From Delftia acidovorans NBRC 14950 (GTDB lineage: Bacteria; Pseudomonadota; Gammaproteobacteria; Burkholderiales; Burkholderiaceae_C): a stretch of DNA of 32,000 bases. Position 1 is the stretch's first letter, and the number at the start of each line of letters is the position of its first letter. The position numbers were made by a program, and so were the translations under genes. This document shows positions 1-9,336 of the stretch, one piece after another. The stretch is from the NCBI RefSeq assembly GCF_001598795.1, contig NZ_BCZP01000004.1, positions 270,001-302,000 of the forward strand, read 5' to 3'. Under the pieces are notes generated by a model. It ran no database searches, was not told where the DNA came from, and saw nothing but the letters and a program-made list of their open reading frames with translations.

Positions 1-842
1 TCGTGGATGTTCGCCAGACCCTTGGGATAGGTGTCCGAGGTCATCACGATGTGGCTCTTCTTGGCCAGCAGCGCCTCGAAGGCGTTGAAGAACTCCTCCT
101 GCGTGCGGTCCTTGTTGGCGAAGAACTGCACGTCGTCGATCAGCAGCAGATCCAGCGAGTGGTAACGCTCCTTGAATTCGTCAAAGGTGCGGCGCTGGTA
201 GGCCTTGACCACATCCGAGACGAACTGCTCGGCATGGATGTAGAGAACTTTGGCGTCGGGCTTGTCGGCCAGCAGCTTGTTGCCCACGGCATGCACCAGG
301 TGGGTCTTGCCCAGGCCCACGCCGCCGTAGATGAACAGCGGGTTGTACAGGTGTCCGGGCGAGCCCGCCACATGCATGGCGGCCGAGCGTGCCATGCGGT
401 TGGCCGTACCTTCCACCAGGGTCTCGAAGGTCAGCGCGGCGTTCAGGCGCGTGCGAAAGACGGGCGCTGCCGCGTCTTCGCTGGTGACCGTGGGCACCGA
501 GGTGACGATGGTTTCCGGCGGGGCCGAGCGCTCGCTGGAGGAGGGGCGGACGTAAGTCCGCACAACGCTTTCCCGCTGAGCAAGTGCCAACTCAAGCGTC
601 ACCGGCTGGCCATAGAGCGACTCCAGCATGGCCGAGATGCGGCCTGCATATTGGGCGCGGATCCAGTCGAGCTTGAAGCGGTTGGCCACGTAGACGGTGA
701 CTTTGGAGAAGTCTTCGGCGACGTGCGCGGTCAGGGGCTTGATCCAGGTGTTGAACTGCTGTTCGGGCATTTCCTGCCCCAGTTGCTCAACGCAGACTTG
801 CCACAGGCCCTGGCCTGCATCGTTCGTAGGTTCCTCTGTCAT
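1..842 (-). CDS. dnaA: Chromosomal replication initiator DnaA, N-terminal ~280 codons (3' end runs off the window)
   Basis: Absent from the ORF track because no stop lies in the window. My reverse-strand translation from the ATG at 842-840 gives MTEEPTNDAGQGLWQVCVEQLGQEMPEQQFNTWIKPL...LYNPLFIYGGVGLGKTHLVHAVGNKLL...LLLIDDVQFFANK, which carries the Walker A and B motifs of the DnaA AAA+ module. The listed + ORF 3..1025 is its antisense shadow. Divergent from rpmH. Confidence 0.93.
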   Translation of the reverse strand, partial: MTEEPTNDAGQGLWQVCVEQLGQEMPEQQFNTWIKPLTAHVAEDFSKVTVYVANRFKLDWIRAQYAGRISAMLESLYGQPVTLELALAQRESVVRTYVRPSSSERSAPPETIVTSVPTVTSEDAAAPVFRTRLNAALTFETLVEGTANRMARSAAMHVAGSPGHLYNPLFIYGGVGLGKTHLVHAVGNKLLADKPDAKVLYIHAEQFVSDVVKAYQRRTFDEFKERYHSLDLLLIDDVQFFANKDRTQEEFFNAFEALLAKKSHIVMTSDTYPKGLANIH

Positions 843-856
843 TGTCGAAGTCTAGT

Positions 857-865
857 TGTGGATAG
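857..865 (-). promoter_or_regulatory. DnaA box, one mismatch (CTATCCACA on the minus strand)
   Basis: The plus strand reads TGTGGATAG. The reverse complement matches the TTATCCACA consensus at 8 of 9 positions. It lies 15 bp upstream of the dnaA start codon. Confidence 0.6.
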
Positions 866-906
866 GAGGAACTGTTGCGAGGCTGCCATTGTAGCTTTTG
901 CGGAAG

Positions 907-915
907 TTATCCACA
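907..915 (+). promoter_or_regulatory. Consensus DnaA box TTATCCACA
   Basis: Perfect 9-mer TTATCCACA in the dnaA-rpmH intergenic region, inverted relative to the box at 857-865. Confidence 0.7.
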
Positions 916-1256
916 AAATATCAGGAGCTTGTCCTCCGCCTTGTCGCAAAATGGGCAGGCATCCTTCGGGTTCGAAGGGCATTGCATCAAGTGGACAACG
1001 CTGTGATAATCGCGGGTTTCCCTGAATGTGTTCAGGGTGATATGTCCCGCCCGTCTGCATCGGGTCTGCATGCTGCCGCTGGCGGCCTTGGGCGAAACCT
1101 CTCGGGGTTGCTCCTTGGGCTGCACATGGCAAGTGCATCGTGCAGATTTTTGGCAGGTGGCCTGGCGGTTTGCCTTTGTGGCGGCTGCTGGCTGCACTGC
1201 GTGTAGCGTGCCGGATACGGGACCGGTGCAAAACTGAACCTTCTCTAGGAACCAAC

Positions 1257-1391
1257 ATGAAACGTACTTACCAACCCTCCAAGACCCGTCGCGCCCGCAC
1301 CCACGGCTTTCTGGTCCGCATGAAGACCAAGGGCGGCCGCGCCGTGATCAACGCTCGCCGCGCCAAGGGCCGCAAGCGTCTGGCCGTCTAA
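1257..1391 (+). CDS. rpmH: 50S ribosomal protein L34
   Basis: Internal ATG (residue 40) of ORF 1140..1391 gives [44 protein letters not shown], 44 aa, a canonical L34. AGGAA lies upstream. Confidence 0.96.
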   Translation: MKRTYQPSKTRRARTHGFLVRMKTKGGRAVINARRAKGRKRLAV

Positions 1392-1449
1392 GGCCAGCCA
1401 TTGCTGGGCGGTTTGCTCGCTGCACTGAACCCCTGAACGGGGTGCTGGC

Positions 1450-1959
1450 ATGCAACGGCTGAAAACACGTCCGCAGTTTCAGGCCGCCATGGCTGCCGGT
1501 ACGGTATCGCGTACCGCGCATTTCGCCCTGCACCGTCTCGTTCTGACGGAGCAGGGCGGCGCCATGGCGCCACCGACAGGGCCCGGGTCGCAAGACCCGC
1601 AGGCCCTGTTCGGCGTTGGCGCCGTGCGCCAGGATGCTTGGCTGGGCGCCATGGTGCCCAAGCGCTGGGCGCGCCGCTCGGTGACGCGACACACCATCAA
1701 GCGGCAGATCTATGCCGTGGGCAGCGAGCATGAGACCCTGATGCTCCAAGGCGCCCATGTGGTGCGGCTGCGCTCGGGCTTTGACCGGCGCCAGTTCGTG
1801 AGCGCCACTTCTGATGTGCTCCGGCAGGCCGTGCGCGCCGAGCTGCAGCAGTTGTTCGCCTATGCGGCGAAACGCCTGTCGCAGCCTGCGCCCGAGCTCC
1901 CGCAGCCCGCACAGGAGCGCGCCGCAGCCGCTGGCGAGAGCATCGGGGTTGCGCCATGA
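1450..1959 (+). CDS. rnpA: Ribonuclease P protein component (longer than usual)
   Basis: Position directly after rpmH. Basic RNR-like motif region: VPKRWARRSVTRHTIKRQIY. Its stop overlaps the yidD start (ATGA). Confidence 0.85.
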   Translation: MQRLKTRPQFQAAMAAGTVSRTAHFALHRLVLTEQGGAMAPPTGPGSQDPQALFGVGAVRQDAWLGAMVPKRWARRSVTRHTIKRQIYAVGSEHETLMLQGAHVVRLRSGFDRRQFVSATSDVLRQAVRAELQQLFAYAAKRLSQPAPELPQPAQERAAAAGESIGVAP

Positions 1960-2246
1960 TGCAGCGGCTGCTGATGGCGCTGGTGCGCGGCTATCGGCTG
2001 ATGCTCAGTCCCTGGCTGGGCTCGGCCTGCCGCTTCACGCCCACCTGCTCTGCCTATTCCCTTGAAGCGTTGGAGCAACACGGCGCTGCGGTAGGCTCCT
2101 ACCTGACGCTGCGCCGCCTGGCGCGCTGTCATCCGTGGTGTGACGGGGGGCATGACCCTGTGCCAGAGCAAAAGCCCAGGCTGTTCACCAGCCTGACGGC
2201 TGCGCCCGAAAACACCCAACCTTCCTCACCTAAGAAGTCTTCATGA
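1956..2246 (+). CDS. yidD: Membrane protein insertion efficiency factor YidD
   Basis: LVRGYRLMLSPWLGSACRFTPTCSAYSLEALEQHGA...RRLARCHPW is the YidD signature. ATGA overlaps with rnpA and yidC. Confidence 0.9.
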   Translation: MMQRLLMALVRGYRLMLSPWLGSACRFTPTCSAYSLEALEQHGAAVGSYLTLRRLARCHPWCDGGHDPVPEQKPRLFTSLTAAPENTQPSSPKKSS

Positions 2247-3955
2247 ACGATATTCGCCGCACCATCCTGTGGGTGATATTTGGCTTTTCGCTGGTCTTGC
2301 TATGGGACAAATGGCAAGTGCACAGCGGCAAGAAGGCCACTTTTTTCCCCGCGCCTGCCGTCGCCACGGCCCCGGCACCTGAAACGGGCAAGGCGCCCGG
2401 CGATGCCAGCGTGCCCTCGGCGGCTGCTGCGGCAACGGCCGGTGCCGGCGAAGTGCCTGGCGGCGCTGCCGCCGCGCCCGAGGCAGCCCCGCGCCAGAAC
2501 GTCACCATCAGCACCGACGTGCTGCGCCTGACCTTCGACAGCCAGGGCGGCACGCTGCGCCATGCCGAGCTGCTCAAGTACGCGGATTCCGTGCACAAGG
2601 ACAAGCCAGTGGTGCTGTTCGACGAGAGCGTGCACCGCGTGTACCTGGGCCAGTCGGGCCTGATCGGCGGCGGTTTCCCCACGCACAAGACGACCATGAC
2701 CGCGCTGCCCGGCGCGCGCGAGCTCAAGGACGGCGAGGACCAGATGGAACTGCGCTTCGAGTCGCCCGACATGGGTGGCGTGAAGCTGGTCAAGATCTGG
2801 ACGCTCAAGCGCGGCGCCTACGACATCGGCGTGCGCCATGAAGTGGTGAACACCGGCACGGCGGCCGTGAGCCCGCAGCTGTACCTGCAACTGGTGCGCG
2901 ACGGCAACAAGCCCGAAGGCGAACAGTCCACCATGTACTCCACCTTCACGGGCCCGGCCGTCTACACCGACGAGAAGAAGTACCAGAAGGTCGAGTTCAA
3001 GGACATCGAGAGCGGCAAGGCCAGCGTCGAGAAGTCGTCCTCGGGCGGCTACGTGGCCATGGTCCAGCATTACTTCGCCAGCGCCTGGCTGCTGGCCGAA
3101 GGCATCCAGCGCGACAACTTCCTGCGCAAGGTGGACAACAACCTCTACGCCGTCGGCATGATCACGCCGGTGGGCACCATCGAGCCTGGCCAGAGCAAGA
3201 GCGTGGAAGCGCGCCTGTTCGCCGGTCCCCAGATCGAAAAGCGCCTGGAATCGCTGGCGCCCGGGCTGGAGCTGGTCAAGGACTATGGCTGGCTGACCAT
3301 CCTGGCCAAGCCGCTGTACTGGCTGCTGGACAAGCTGCACGGCTTTCTGGGCAACTGGGGCTGGTCCATCGTGGCCCTGGTGCTGCTGCTGAAGATCGCC
3401 TTCTACTGGCTCAATGCCAAGGCCTACTCCTCGATGGCCAAGATGAAGGCCATCAACCCGCGCATCATGGAAATGCGTGAGCGCCTCAAGGACAAGCCCC
3501 AGCAGATGCAGCAGGAGATGATGCGCATCTACCGCGAGGAAAAGGTCAACCCCATGGGCGGCTGCCTGCCCATCATCATCCAGATCCCGGTATTCATCGC
3601 GCTGTACTGGGTGCTGCTGTCCAGCGTGGAAATCCGCAACGCGCCCTGGATCGGCTGGATCACCGACCTGTCGGCCAAGGATCCTCTGTTCATCCTGCCC
3701 GTGCTGATGACCCTGTCCTCGCTGCTGCAGACCGCGCTGAACCCCGCTCCGCCGGATCCGATGCAGGCCAAGATGATGTGGATCATGCCCCTGGTCTTCA
3801 GCGTGATGTTCTTCTTCTTCCCGGCCGGCCTGGTGCTTTACTGGCTGACGAACAACATCCTGTCCATCGCCCAGCAGTGGATCATCAACACCCGCATGGG
3901 CGTGCCGCCGCAGTTCAACCTGCCCAAATTCGGCAAGTCCACGCCTGCCAAGTAA
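2243..3955 (+). CDS. yidC: Membrane protein insertase YidC
   Basis: 570 aa with an N-terminal TM segment and a large periplasmic domain. The conserved C-terminal core includes [52 protein letters not shown] and [24 protein letters not shown]. Synteny rpmH-rnpA-yidD-yidC. Confidence 0.96.
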   Translation: MNDIRRTILWVIFGFSLVLLWDKWQVHSGKKATFFPAPAVATAPAPETGKAPGDASVPSAAAAATAGAGEVPGGAAAAPEAAPRQNVTISTDVLRLTFDSQGGTLRHAELLKYADSVHKDKPVVLFDESVHRVYLGQSGLIGGGFPTHKTTMTALPGARELKDGEDQMELRFESPDMGGVKLVKIWTLKRGAYDIGVRHEVVNTGTAAVSPQLYLQLVRDGNKPEGEQSTMYSTFTGPAVYTDEKKYQKVEFKDIESGKASVEKSSSGGYVAMVQHYFASAWLLAEGIQRDNFLRKVDNNLYAVGMITPVGTIEPGQSKSVEARLFAGPQIEKRLESLAPGLELVKDYGWLTILAKPLYWLLDKLHGFLGNWGWSIVALVLLLKIAFYWLNAKAYSSMAKMKAINPRIMEMRERLKDKPQQMQQEMMRIYREEKVNPMGGCLPIIIQIPVFIALYWVLLSSVEIRNAPWIGWITDLSAKDPLFILPVLMTLSSLLQTALNPAPPDPMQAKMMWIMPLVFSVMFFFFPAGLVLYWLTNNILSIAQQWIINTRMGVPPQFNLPKFGKSTPAK

Positions 3956-3976
3956 GCCTGCGAAGGCCCTGGCTCC

Positions 3977-4000
3977 AAAGCCCGCTTCGGCGGGCTTTTT
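3977..4000 (+). terminator. Rho-independent terminator after yidC
   Basis: AAAGCCCGC-TTCG-GCGGGCTTT hairpin (9-bp stem, tetraloop) followed by a T run. Confidence 0.7.
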
Positions 4001-4053
4001 CATGGGCGGCCTATCATCGGCGGCCTGAAATCCCTCCCAAGAAAGCTCCATCC

Positions 4054-5475
4054 ATGCTGCCCCGCCACAACGACCCCATCGCCGCCATCGCCACCGCCCC
4101 GGGGCGGGGTGCCGTGGGCATCGTGCGTGTGTCCGGCAAGGGCGTGGCGCCGCTGGTGCGGGCGCTGTGCGGGCGCGACCTCAAGCCGCGCGAGGCCACC
4201 TATCTGCCGTTTCGCGATGCCCAGGGCGGCCCCATCGACCACGGCCTGGCCCTGTTCTTCCCGGCGCCGCACAGCTATACCGGCGAGGATGTGCTGGAGC
4301 TTCAGGCCCACGGCGGCCCCGTCGTTCTGCAACTGCTGCTGGCGCGCTGCCTGGAGGCTGCGCAAGCCTCTGGCGAAGGCCATCGCAGCGTGCTGCCGGG
4401 CCTGCGCCTGGCCCAGCCCGGTGAATTCACCGAGCGTGCCTTTCTCAACGACAAGATCGACCTGGCACAGGCCGAGGCCATTGCCGACCTGATCGACGCC
4501 AGCACCGAGGCCGCCGCGCGCAGTGCGAGCCGTTCGCTGTCGGGCGCTTTTTCCGAGGAAATCCATGGCCTGCGCGACGCGCTGGTGCACCTGCGCATGC
4601 TGGTCGAGGCCACGCTGGACTTTCCCGAGGAAGAGATCGACTTCCTGCAAAAGGCCGATGCCAGCGGCCAGCTCGCGCGGCTGCGTGGCAAGCTGGACCA
4701 GGTGCTGTCGCGCGCCCACCAGGGTGCGCTGTTGCGCGAAGGCATCAAGGTCGTGATCGCGGGCCAGCCCAACGCGGGCAAGAGCTCGCTGCTCAACGCG
4801 CTGGCCGGTGCGGAACTGGCCATCGTCACCCCGATTGCCGGTACTACGCGCGACAAGGTGCAGCAGACCATCCAGATCGAGGGCGTGCCCCTGCATGTGA
4901 TCGACACGGCAGGCCTGCGCGAGAGCAGCGACGAGGTCGAGCGCATCGGCATCGCGCGCGCCTGGGACGAGATCGCCGCGGCCGATGCCGTGCTCTTCCT
5001 GCACGACCTCACACGCATGGGCGAGCACGACTACCTGGCGGCCGACGCCGCCATTGCCGAAATCCTTGCCCAGAAGCTGCCGCGCCAGGTGCCCGTCATC
5101 GATGTCTGGAACAAGACCGATCGCGCGGAACCCGCCCAGATGCAGGCGCATGGCGGCCGTGAAGACAGCGTGGCACTGTCGGCACGCACGGGCGACGGCC
5201 TGGATGCCCTGCGCCGGCGCCTGCTGGACGTGGCCGGCTGGCAGTCGGCCCCAGAAGGCCTGTACCTGGCGCGCGCGCGCCATGTGGAGGCACTGCAGGC
5301 CGTGGCCGCCCACCTGCAGGAGGCCGAGCTGCAGCTGGCGGCCCAGGCCGCCCACCTGGACTTGCTGGCCGAGGAACTGCGCTTGGCCCAGGTCTCGCTG
5401 AACTCCATCACCGGGGAATTCAGCTCCGACGATCTGCTGGGCGTGATCTTTTCCAGCTTCTGCATCGGCAAGTGA
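4054..5475 (+). CDS. mnmE: tRNA modification GTPase MnmE (TrmE)
   Basis: Internal ATG (residue 93) of ORF 3778..5475 gives [29 protein letters not shown]1 motif [15 protein letters not shown]3 motif DTAGLR, C-terminal FCIGK signature. Confidence 0.94.
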   Translation: MLPRHNDPIAAIATAPGRGAVGIVRVSGKGVAPLVRALCGRDLKPREATYLPFRDAQGGPIDHGLALFFPAPHSYTGEDVLELQAHGGPVVLQLLLARCLEAAQASGEGHRSVLPGLRLAQPGEFTERAFLNDKIDLAQAEAIADLIDASTEAAARSASRSLSGAFSEEIHGLRDALVHLRMLVEATLDFPEEEIDFLQKADASGQLARLRGKLDQVLSRAHQGALLREGIKVVIAGQPNAGKSSLLNALAGAELAIVTPIAGTTRDKVQQTIQIEGVPLHVIDTAGLRESSDEVERIGIARAWDEIAAADAVLFLHDLTRMGEHDYLAADAAIAEILAQKLPRQVPVIDVWNKTDRAEPAQMQAHGGREDSVALSARTGDGLDALRRRLLDVAGWQSAPEGLYLARARHVEALQAVAAHLQEAELQLAAQAAHLDLLAEELRLAQVSLNSITGEFSSDDLLGVIFSSFCIGK

Positions 5476-5519
5476 CCGGGCTGCCGGATGGCCCCGACCC
5501 ATTCGCACAGCCGGTAGAG

Positions 5520-5548
5520 TTGCTGCAATACTTATCTTTTGCTACAAA
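5520..5548 (+). promoter_or_regulatory. Candidate sigma70-type promoter (TTGCTG-N17-TACAAA)
   Basis: Hexamer pair with 17-nt spacing in the only AT-rich patch of the mnmE-downstream intergenic region. It is followed by the hairpin TGCCGAC-N12-GTCGGCA (5552-5577). Pattern match only. Confidence 0.3.
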
Positions 5549-5693
5549 ATTTGCCGACGAAAACCCGCTTGTCGGCATTGGCGTGCCCGCTGCCGTCGCT
5601 TAGCATGCGGCGTGCCGCAGCGGCCCTCGTCGCTGCCTGCCGCCGGGCGCAGCCCTGGCGCTGGTGCGCGGCCCAATTCGAACCGGATCCGCC

Positions 5694-6173
5694 ATGTCTT
5701 CTTCCTCCCACAATGATTTGCGGCCACTGGCCCAGGCCATGTCGTCGGCCGTGGCTGTCGATGGTGTGCAGAACGCGCTGACCTTGGAGCAATGGGATTT
5801 GCTGGCGCCCTACCTGGTGCCGGTCACGCTGGCGGCGGGCGAGCTGCTGTTTGCCGAAGGTTCGCTGGACCGCAATCTGTACTTCGTGGAGTCCGGCAGC
5901 CTCAGCGTGCACTACCAGGATGCGAAGGAGCGCATCCGCCTGGCCATCGTCGGCCCGGGCTCCATCCTGGGCGAGGGCGCCTTCTTCGCCCACCGTGCGC
6001 GCCATGCCACCGTGCAGGCGGCTGCGCCGGGACGGCTTTGGTGCCTGACGGCCATGCGCTTCGCCGAACTCAGCAATCGCCAGCCCGGTGTGGCGCTGGC
6101 CCTGGTCATGGCGGCCGGCCAGGTGCTTGCCCGCCGTGCGGTGGACAGCCGCCGCCGGGTGGCCAGTACCTGA
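5694..6173 (+). CDS. Stand-alone cyclic-nucleotide-binding (CAP effector-like) domain protein, no output domain
   Basis: The ATG at residue 11 of ORF 5664..6173 gives 159 aa. cNMP-binding beta-barrel pattern: LLFAEGSLDRNLYFVESGSLSVHY...IVGPGSILGEGAFFAHRARHATVQA...LWCLTAMRFAEL. The GTG at 5664 is an alternative start. Confidence 0.75.
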   Translation: MSSSSHNDLRPLAQAMSSAVAVDGVQNALTLEQWDLLAPYLVPVTLAAGELLFAEGSLDRNLYFVESGSLSVHYQDAKERIRLAIVGPGSILGEGAFFAHRARHATVQAAAPGRLWCLTAMRFAELSNRQPGVALALVMAAGQVLARRAVDSRRRVAST

Positions 6174-6349
6174 AAGGCTCCCGGGCAGCACCTGGGGCGG
6201 GGCGTTCTGCGGGCGCGGGGCGGTGACAGGCCGGCCTTTGCGCTGCGACAAATTGATACAGCGGTTTTGCTGCGCCCGTGCTCGAAATGTCGCAAAGTTG
6301 CAGGCACAATGCCGCGAGTTTGTGACTATTCGTGACAATGAGAGCCCCC

Positions 6350-7102
6350 ATGTCTGTGTTCAACTGGTTTTCCCGCAAGCCTGTGCCGGAGCAGGGCCGT
6401 GGTTCGCCCGGAGACGATGGCCAGGCCAGTGCCGTGGCGCGTCGTGATGCAGGGCCCGGCGGGCGCCGCAGCGAGCGTTCCGAGCGCCGTGAGCAGCTCT
6501 ACGGTGTGGTGCGCGATGTCATGGTGCGTGCCGGTGTGTTGTCCGCCAGCTACAAGTTCAAGGTGCTCTCGCTGGACAACGTGGGCCAGCGCTTCGTGGT
6601 GATGATGGACCTGGCGCGGGCCTATGCCAGCGAAACCGCGCGGCTCAGCGAGATCGAGGCCATGCTGGCCCAGGCGGCCAAGGCCCGCATGGGCGCGGTC
6701 GTGACGGCCGTGTACTGGCGGGTCAGCGACCAGAACGCTGCAGCCCAGGCCCAAGCCCAGGTGCATTCCGCGGCGACGCGCGCCCCGCGTCCCGCCCCGC
6801 CCATGGCCGTGCCGGTGGCGGCCTCGATGGAGGCGGCAGCGCCCCAGCGCCGCAGGCAGGACATGGCGCCCTTCGAACCCATAGACGATCAGGAAATGGC
6901 GGCCTTCAAGCTCGCCGTGGCGGCCATGCCCGCAGCCGGGCGGGGAGCGGGTTCTGCAGGCTCTGCTGCAGCGGCTCCCGCTGGTGTGCGCCGCTCGGGC
7001 CCCTTGCTCGGGCCGGGCGCAGGCGATCGCGGTGCGGACTTTCCCCACAGCACGCTGGACCACCTGGACCTGGGCGTCACCCAGTACGGCGAACTGCGCT
7101 GA
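6350..7102 (+). CDS. Hypothetical protein (compact central domain, Ala/Pro-rich C-terminal half)
   Basis: ORF 6332..7102. I prefer the ATG giving MSVFNWFSRKP. Normal residue composition in REQLYGVVRDVMVRAGVLSASYKFKVLSLDNVGQRFVVMMDLARAY, while the opposite-strand ORF is R/G/H-rich. No family recognised. Confidence 0.55.
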   Translation: MSVFNWFSRKPVPEQGRGSPGDDGQASAVARRDAGPGGRRSERSERREQLYGVVRDVMVRAGVLSASYKFKVLSLDNVGQRFVVMMDLARAYASETARLSEIEAMLAQAAKARMGAVVTAVYWRVSDQNAAAQAQAQVHSAATRAPRPAPPMAVPVAASMEAAAPQRRRQDMAPFEPIDDQEMAAFKLAVAAMPAAGRGAGSAGSAAAAPAGVRRSGPLLGPGAGDRGADFPHSTLDHLDLGVTQYGELR

Positions 7103-7119
7103 CCGGGCTGCGGCCTGGC

Positions 7120-7677
7120 TCAGTGGCCGGCGAAATCCACCAGCGTGAACAGCGGCAGTCCACTATCGCGCAGCAAGGTGGAGCCGCCCAGCTCGGGCAG
7201 GTCCACGATGGCCGCGCCCTCGATCACGGTGGCGCCGAGTTTTTCCAGCAGCCGCTTGCCGGCCATCATGGTGCCGCCGGTGGCGATCAGGTCGTCGATC
7301 AGCAGCACGCGGTCGCCCGCCTTGACGGCGTCGGTGTGCAGCTCCACGGTGGCACTGCCGTATTCGAGTTCATAGGTTTCCTCCACCGTGGTGAAGGGCA
7401 GCTTGCCCTTTTTGCGGATGGGTACAAATCCCACGCCCAATTCGTGGGCCACCACGGCGCCCAGGATGAAGCCGCGCGCATCGAGCCCGGCCACCACATC
7501 GGGGCGCATGCAGTGCTGCATGTAGCGGTGCACGAAGGCGTCGGTCATCACGCGAAAGACCTGCGGGTCCTGCAGCAGCGGCGTGATGTCGCGGAACTGC
7601 ACGCCGGGCGCCGGCCAGTCGGGAACGGTGCGTATGTGCGTGCGCAGGTAGTCGTTGACGCTGGGGGTGGTATGCAT
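7120..7677 (-). CDS. apt: Adenine phosphoribosyltransferase
   Basis: Internal ATG (residue 59) of ORF 7120..7851 gives [39 protein letters not shown]-binding motif [13 protein letters not shown]. 185 aa. Confidence 0.93.
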   Translation of the reverse strand: MHTTPSVNDYLRTHIRTVPDWPAPGVQFRDITPLLQDPQVFRVMTDAFVHRYMQHCMRPDVVAGLDARGFILGAVVAHELGVGFVPIRKKGKLPFTTVEETYELEYGSATVELHTDAVKAGDRVLLIDDLIATGGTMMAGKRLLEKLGATVIEGAAIVDLPELGGSTLLRDSGLPLFTLVDFAGH

Positions 7678-7774
7678 GGCGCTGGATCGGGGGCTGGAGA
7701 AGACGGGCCAGTGTACCCAGGCGCCCGATGGCGACCGCCGCCGCCGGATGGCCAGACCGCCTAAAATCATCCAG

Positions 7775-8776
7775 ATGAATTCTGATGCTGCCACCCTGGA
7801 TGCGCTGGACACGCCCCGTGCCCTGCGCCTGGCCCGCGACACCCTGGGCATCGAGGCCGATGCCCTTCAAGCCATGTCGCAGCGCCTTGATGGCGTGTTC
7901 GGCGAAGTGGTGCAGCGCATCCTGCGGCTGTCCGGCCGCGTCGTCGTGATGGGCATGGGCAAGAGCGGCCATGTCGGGCGCAAGGTGGCCGCCACCCTGG
8001 CTTCCACGGGCACGCCTGCGTTCTTCGTGCATCCGGCCGAGGCCAGCCATGGCGATCTGGGCATGGTGACCGGCATCGACCTGGTGCTGGCGCTGTCCAA
8101 CAGCGGCGAGGCCGATGAGCTCGCTGCGCTGCTGCCGGCCATCAAGCGCCAGGGCATTGCTCTGGTGGCCATGACAGGCGGCGCGCAATCCACGCTGGCC
8201 CGCCATGCCGACTGGGTGCTGGACACCCGTGTCGAGCGCGAGGCCTGCCCCCTGAACCTGGCGCCCACGGCCAGCACCACGGCGCAGATGGCCATGGGCG
8301 ACGCCCTGGCCGTGGCCCTGCTCGATGCGCGCGGCTTTGGCGCCGAGGACTTTGCGCGCTCCCATCCGGGCGGTGCGCTGGGCCGCAAGCTGCTGACCCA
8401 TGTGCGTGATGTCATGCGCAGCGGCGATGAGCTGCCGAAGGTCGGGGCCGATGCCAGCTTTGTCGAGCTGATGCGCGAGATGAGCGCCAAGGGCCTGGGC
8501 TGCTCGGCCATCGTCGATGCGGCAGGCGTGCTGCAGGGCATCTTCACCGACGGAGACCTGCGCCGCCGCGTGGAGGCCGGCACCGACCTGCGCGCGCTGC
8601 AGGCCGGCGATGTCATGCACAAGGGGCCCCGCACCATCGCCGAAGACGCGCTGGCCGTGGACGCCGCCAGCATGATGGAGGAGCACGGCATCACCGCGGT
8701 GCTGGTGGCCGATGCGCAGCGCCAGCTGCGCGGCGTGGTCCATATCCGCGACCTGATGCGCGCCAAGGTGATCTGA
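7775..8776 (+). CDS. kdsD: Arabinose-5-phosphate isomerase (KpsF/GutQ family, SIS plus tandem CBS domains)
   Basis: SIS motif [41 protein letters not shown] and a C-terminal CBS pair. Start chosen at [11 protein letters not shown] (333 aa); the ATG at 7748 is an alternative. Followed by kdsC and lptC. Confidence 0.9.
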   Translation: MNSDAATLDALDTPRALRLARDTLGIEADALQAMSQRLDGVFGEVVQRILRLSGRVVVMGMGKSGHVGRKVAATLASTGTPAFFVHPAEASHGDLGMVTGIDLVLALSNSGEADELAALLPAIKRQGIALVAMTGGAQSTLARHADWVLDTRVEREACPLNLAPTASTTAQMAMGDALAVALLDARGFGAEDFARSHPGGALGRKLLTHVRDVMRSGDELPKVGADASFVELMREMSAKGLGCSAIVDAAGVLQGIFTDGDLRRRVEAGTDLRALQAGDVMHKGPRTIAEDALAVDAASMMEEHGITAVLVADAQRQLRGVVHIRDLMRAKVI

Positions 8777-9336
8777 TGGCACGCGCTCCTTTGACGCCCG
8801 TGCAGAACTGGGACGCACAACTGCTGCTGCTGGCACAGGATGTACGGGTGGCCTTCTTCGATGTCGATGGCGTGCTCACCGATGGCGGCCTGCTGTTCTC
8901 TGGCGAAGGCGAGGTGCTCAAGCGCTTCAACACGCTGGACGGCCATGGCCTGAAGCTGCTGCAAAAGGCCGGCATCACGCCCGCCGTGGTGACGGGCCGC
9001 GATTCGCCGGCCCTGCGCCTGCGGCTGAGCAACCTGGGCGTCACGCATGCGCGCTTTGGCACGGAAGACAAGGTGCCTGCCGCCGAGGCCATTCTGGGCG
9101 AGCTGGGCCTGCAGTGGCACCAGGCGGCAGCCATGGGCGACGACTGGCCCGACCTGCCCGTGATGCGGCGCTCCGCCTTTGCCTGCGCGCCGGCCAACGC
9201 CCATGACGAGGTGCTGGCCGTGGCTGACTGGATCACGCCGCGCAGCGGTGGCGAAGGGGCGGTGCGCCAGCTGTGCGATCTGCTGCTGGCCGCGCGTGGC
9301 GCCTATGCCGGGCTGCTGGCGGAATACGCATCATGA
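8776..9336 (+). CDS. kdsC: 3-deoxy-D-manno-octulosonate 8-phosphate phosphatase (HAD superfamily)
   Basis: HAD motif I FFDVDGVLTDG, then VVTGRDS and GDDWPDLPVM. Its start overlaps the kdsD stop (TGATG). Confidence 0.88.
   Translation: MARAPLTPVQNWDAQLLLLAQDVRVAFFDVDGVLTDGGLLFSGEGEVLKRFNTLDGHGLKLLQKAGITPAVVTGRDSPALRLRLSNLGVTHARFGTEDKVPAAEAILGELGLQWHQAAAMGDDWPDLPVMRRSAFACAPANAHDEVLAVADWITPRSGGEGAVRQLCDLLLAARGAYAGLLAEYAS

Noticed and set aside
3-1025. 340-aa + strand ORF covering the start of the window.
   Set aside because: It is the antisense shadow of dnaA. The minus-strand frame gives an unmistakable DnaA sequence (GGVGLGKTHL), while this ORF is a low-complexity V/G/R/H-rich product.
843-1256. 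Calling this intergenic region the chromosomal origin (oriC).
   Set aside because: Only two convincing DnaA boxes are present and no AT-rich unwinding element is visible. It is reported as a dnaA regulatory region and only a weak origin candidate.
5505-5692. tRNA-like fragments: GGTAGAG near 5511 and TTCGAACC near 5677.
   Set aside because: They are ~165 nt apart. There is no acceptor, anticodon or T-arm complementarity, so no cloverleaf can be drawn.
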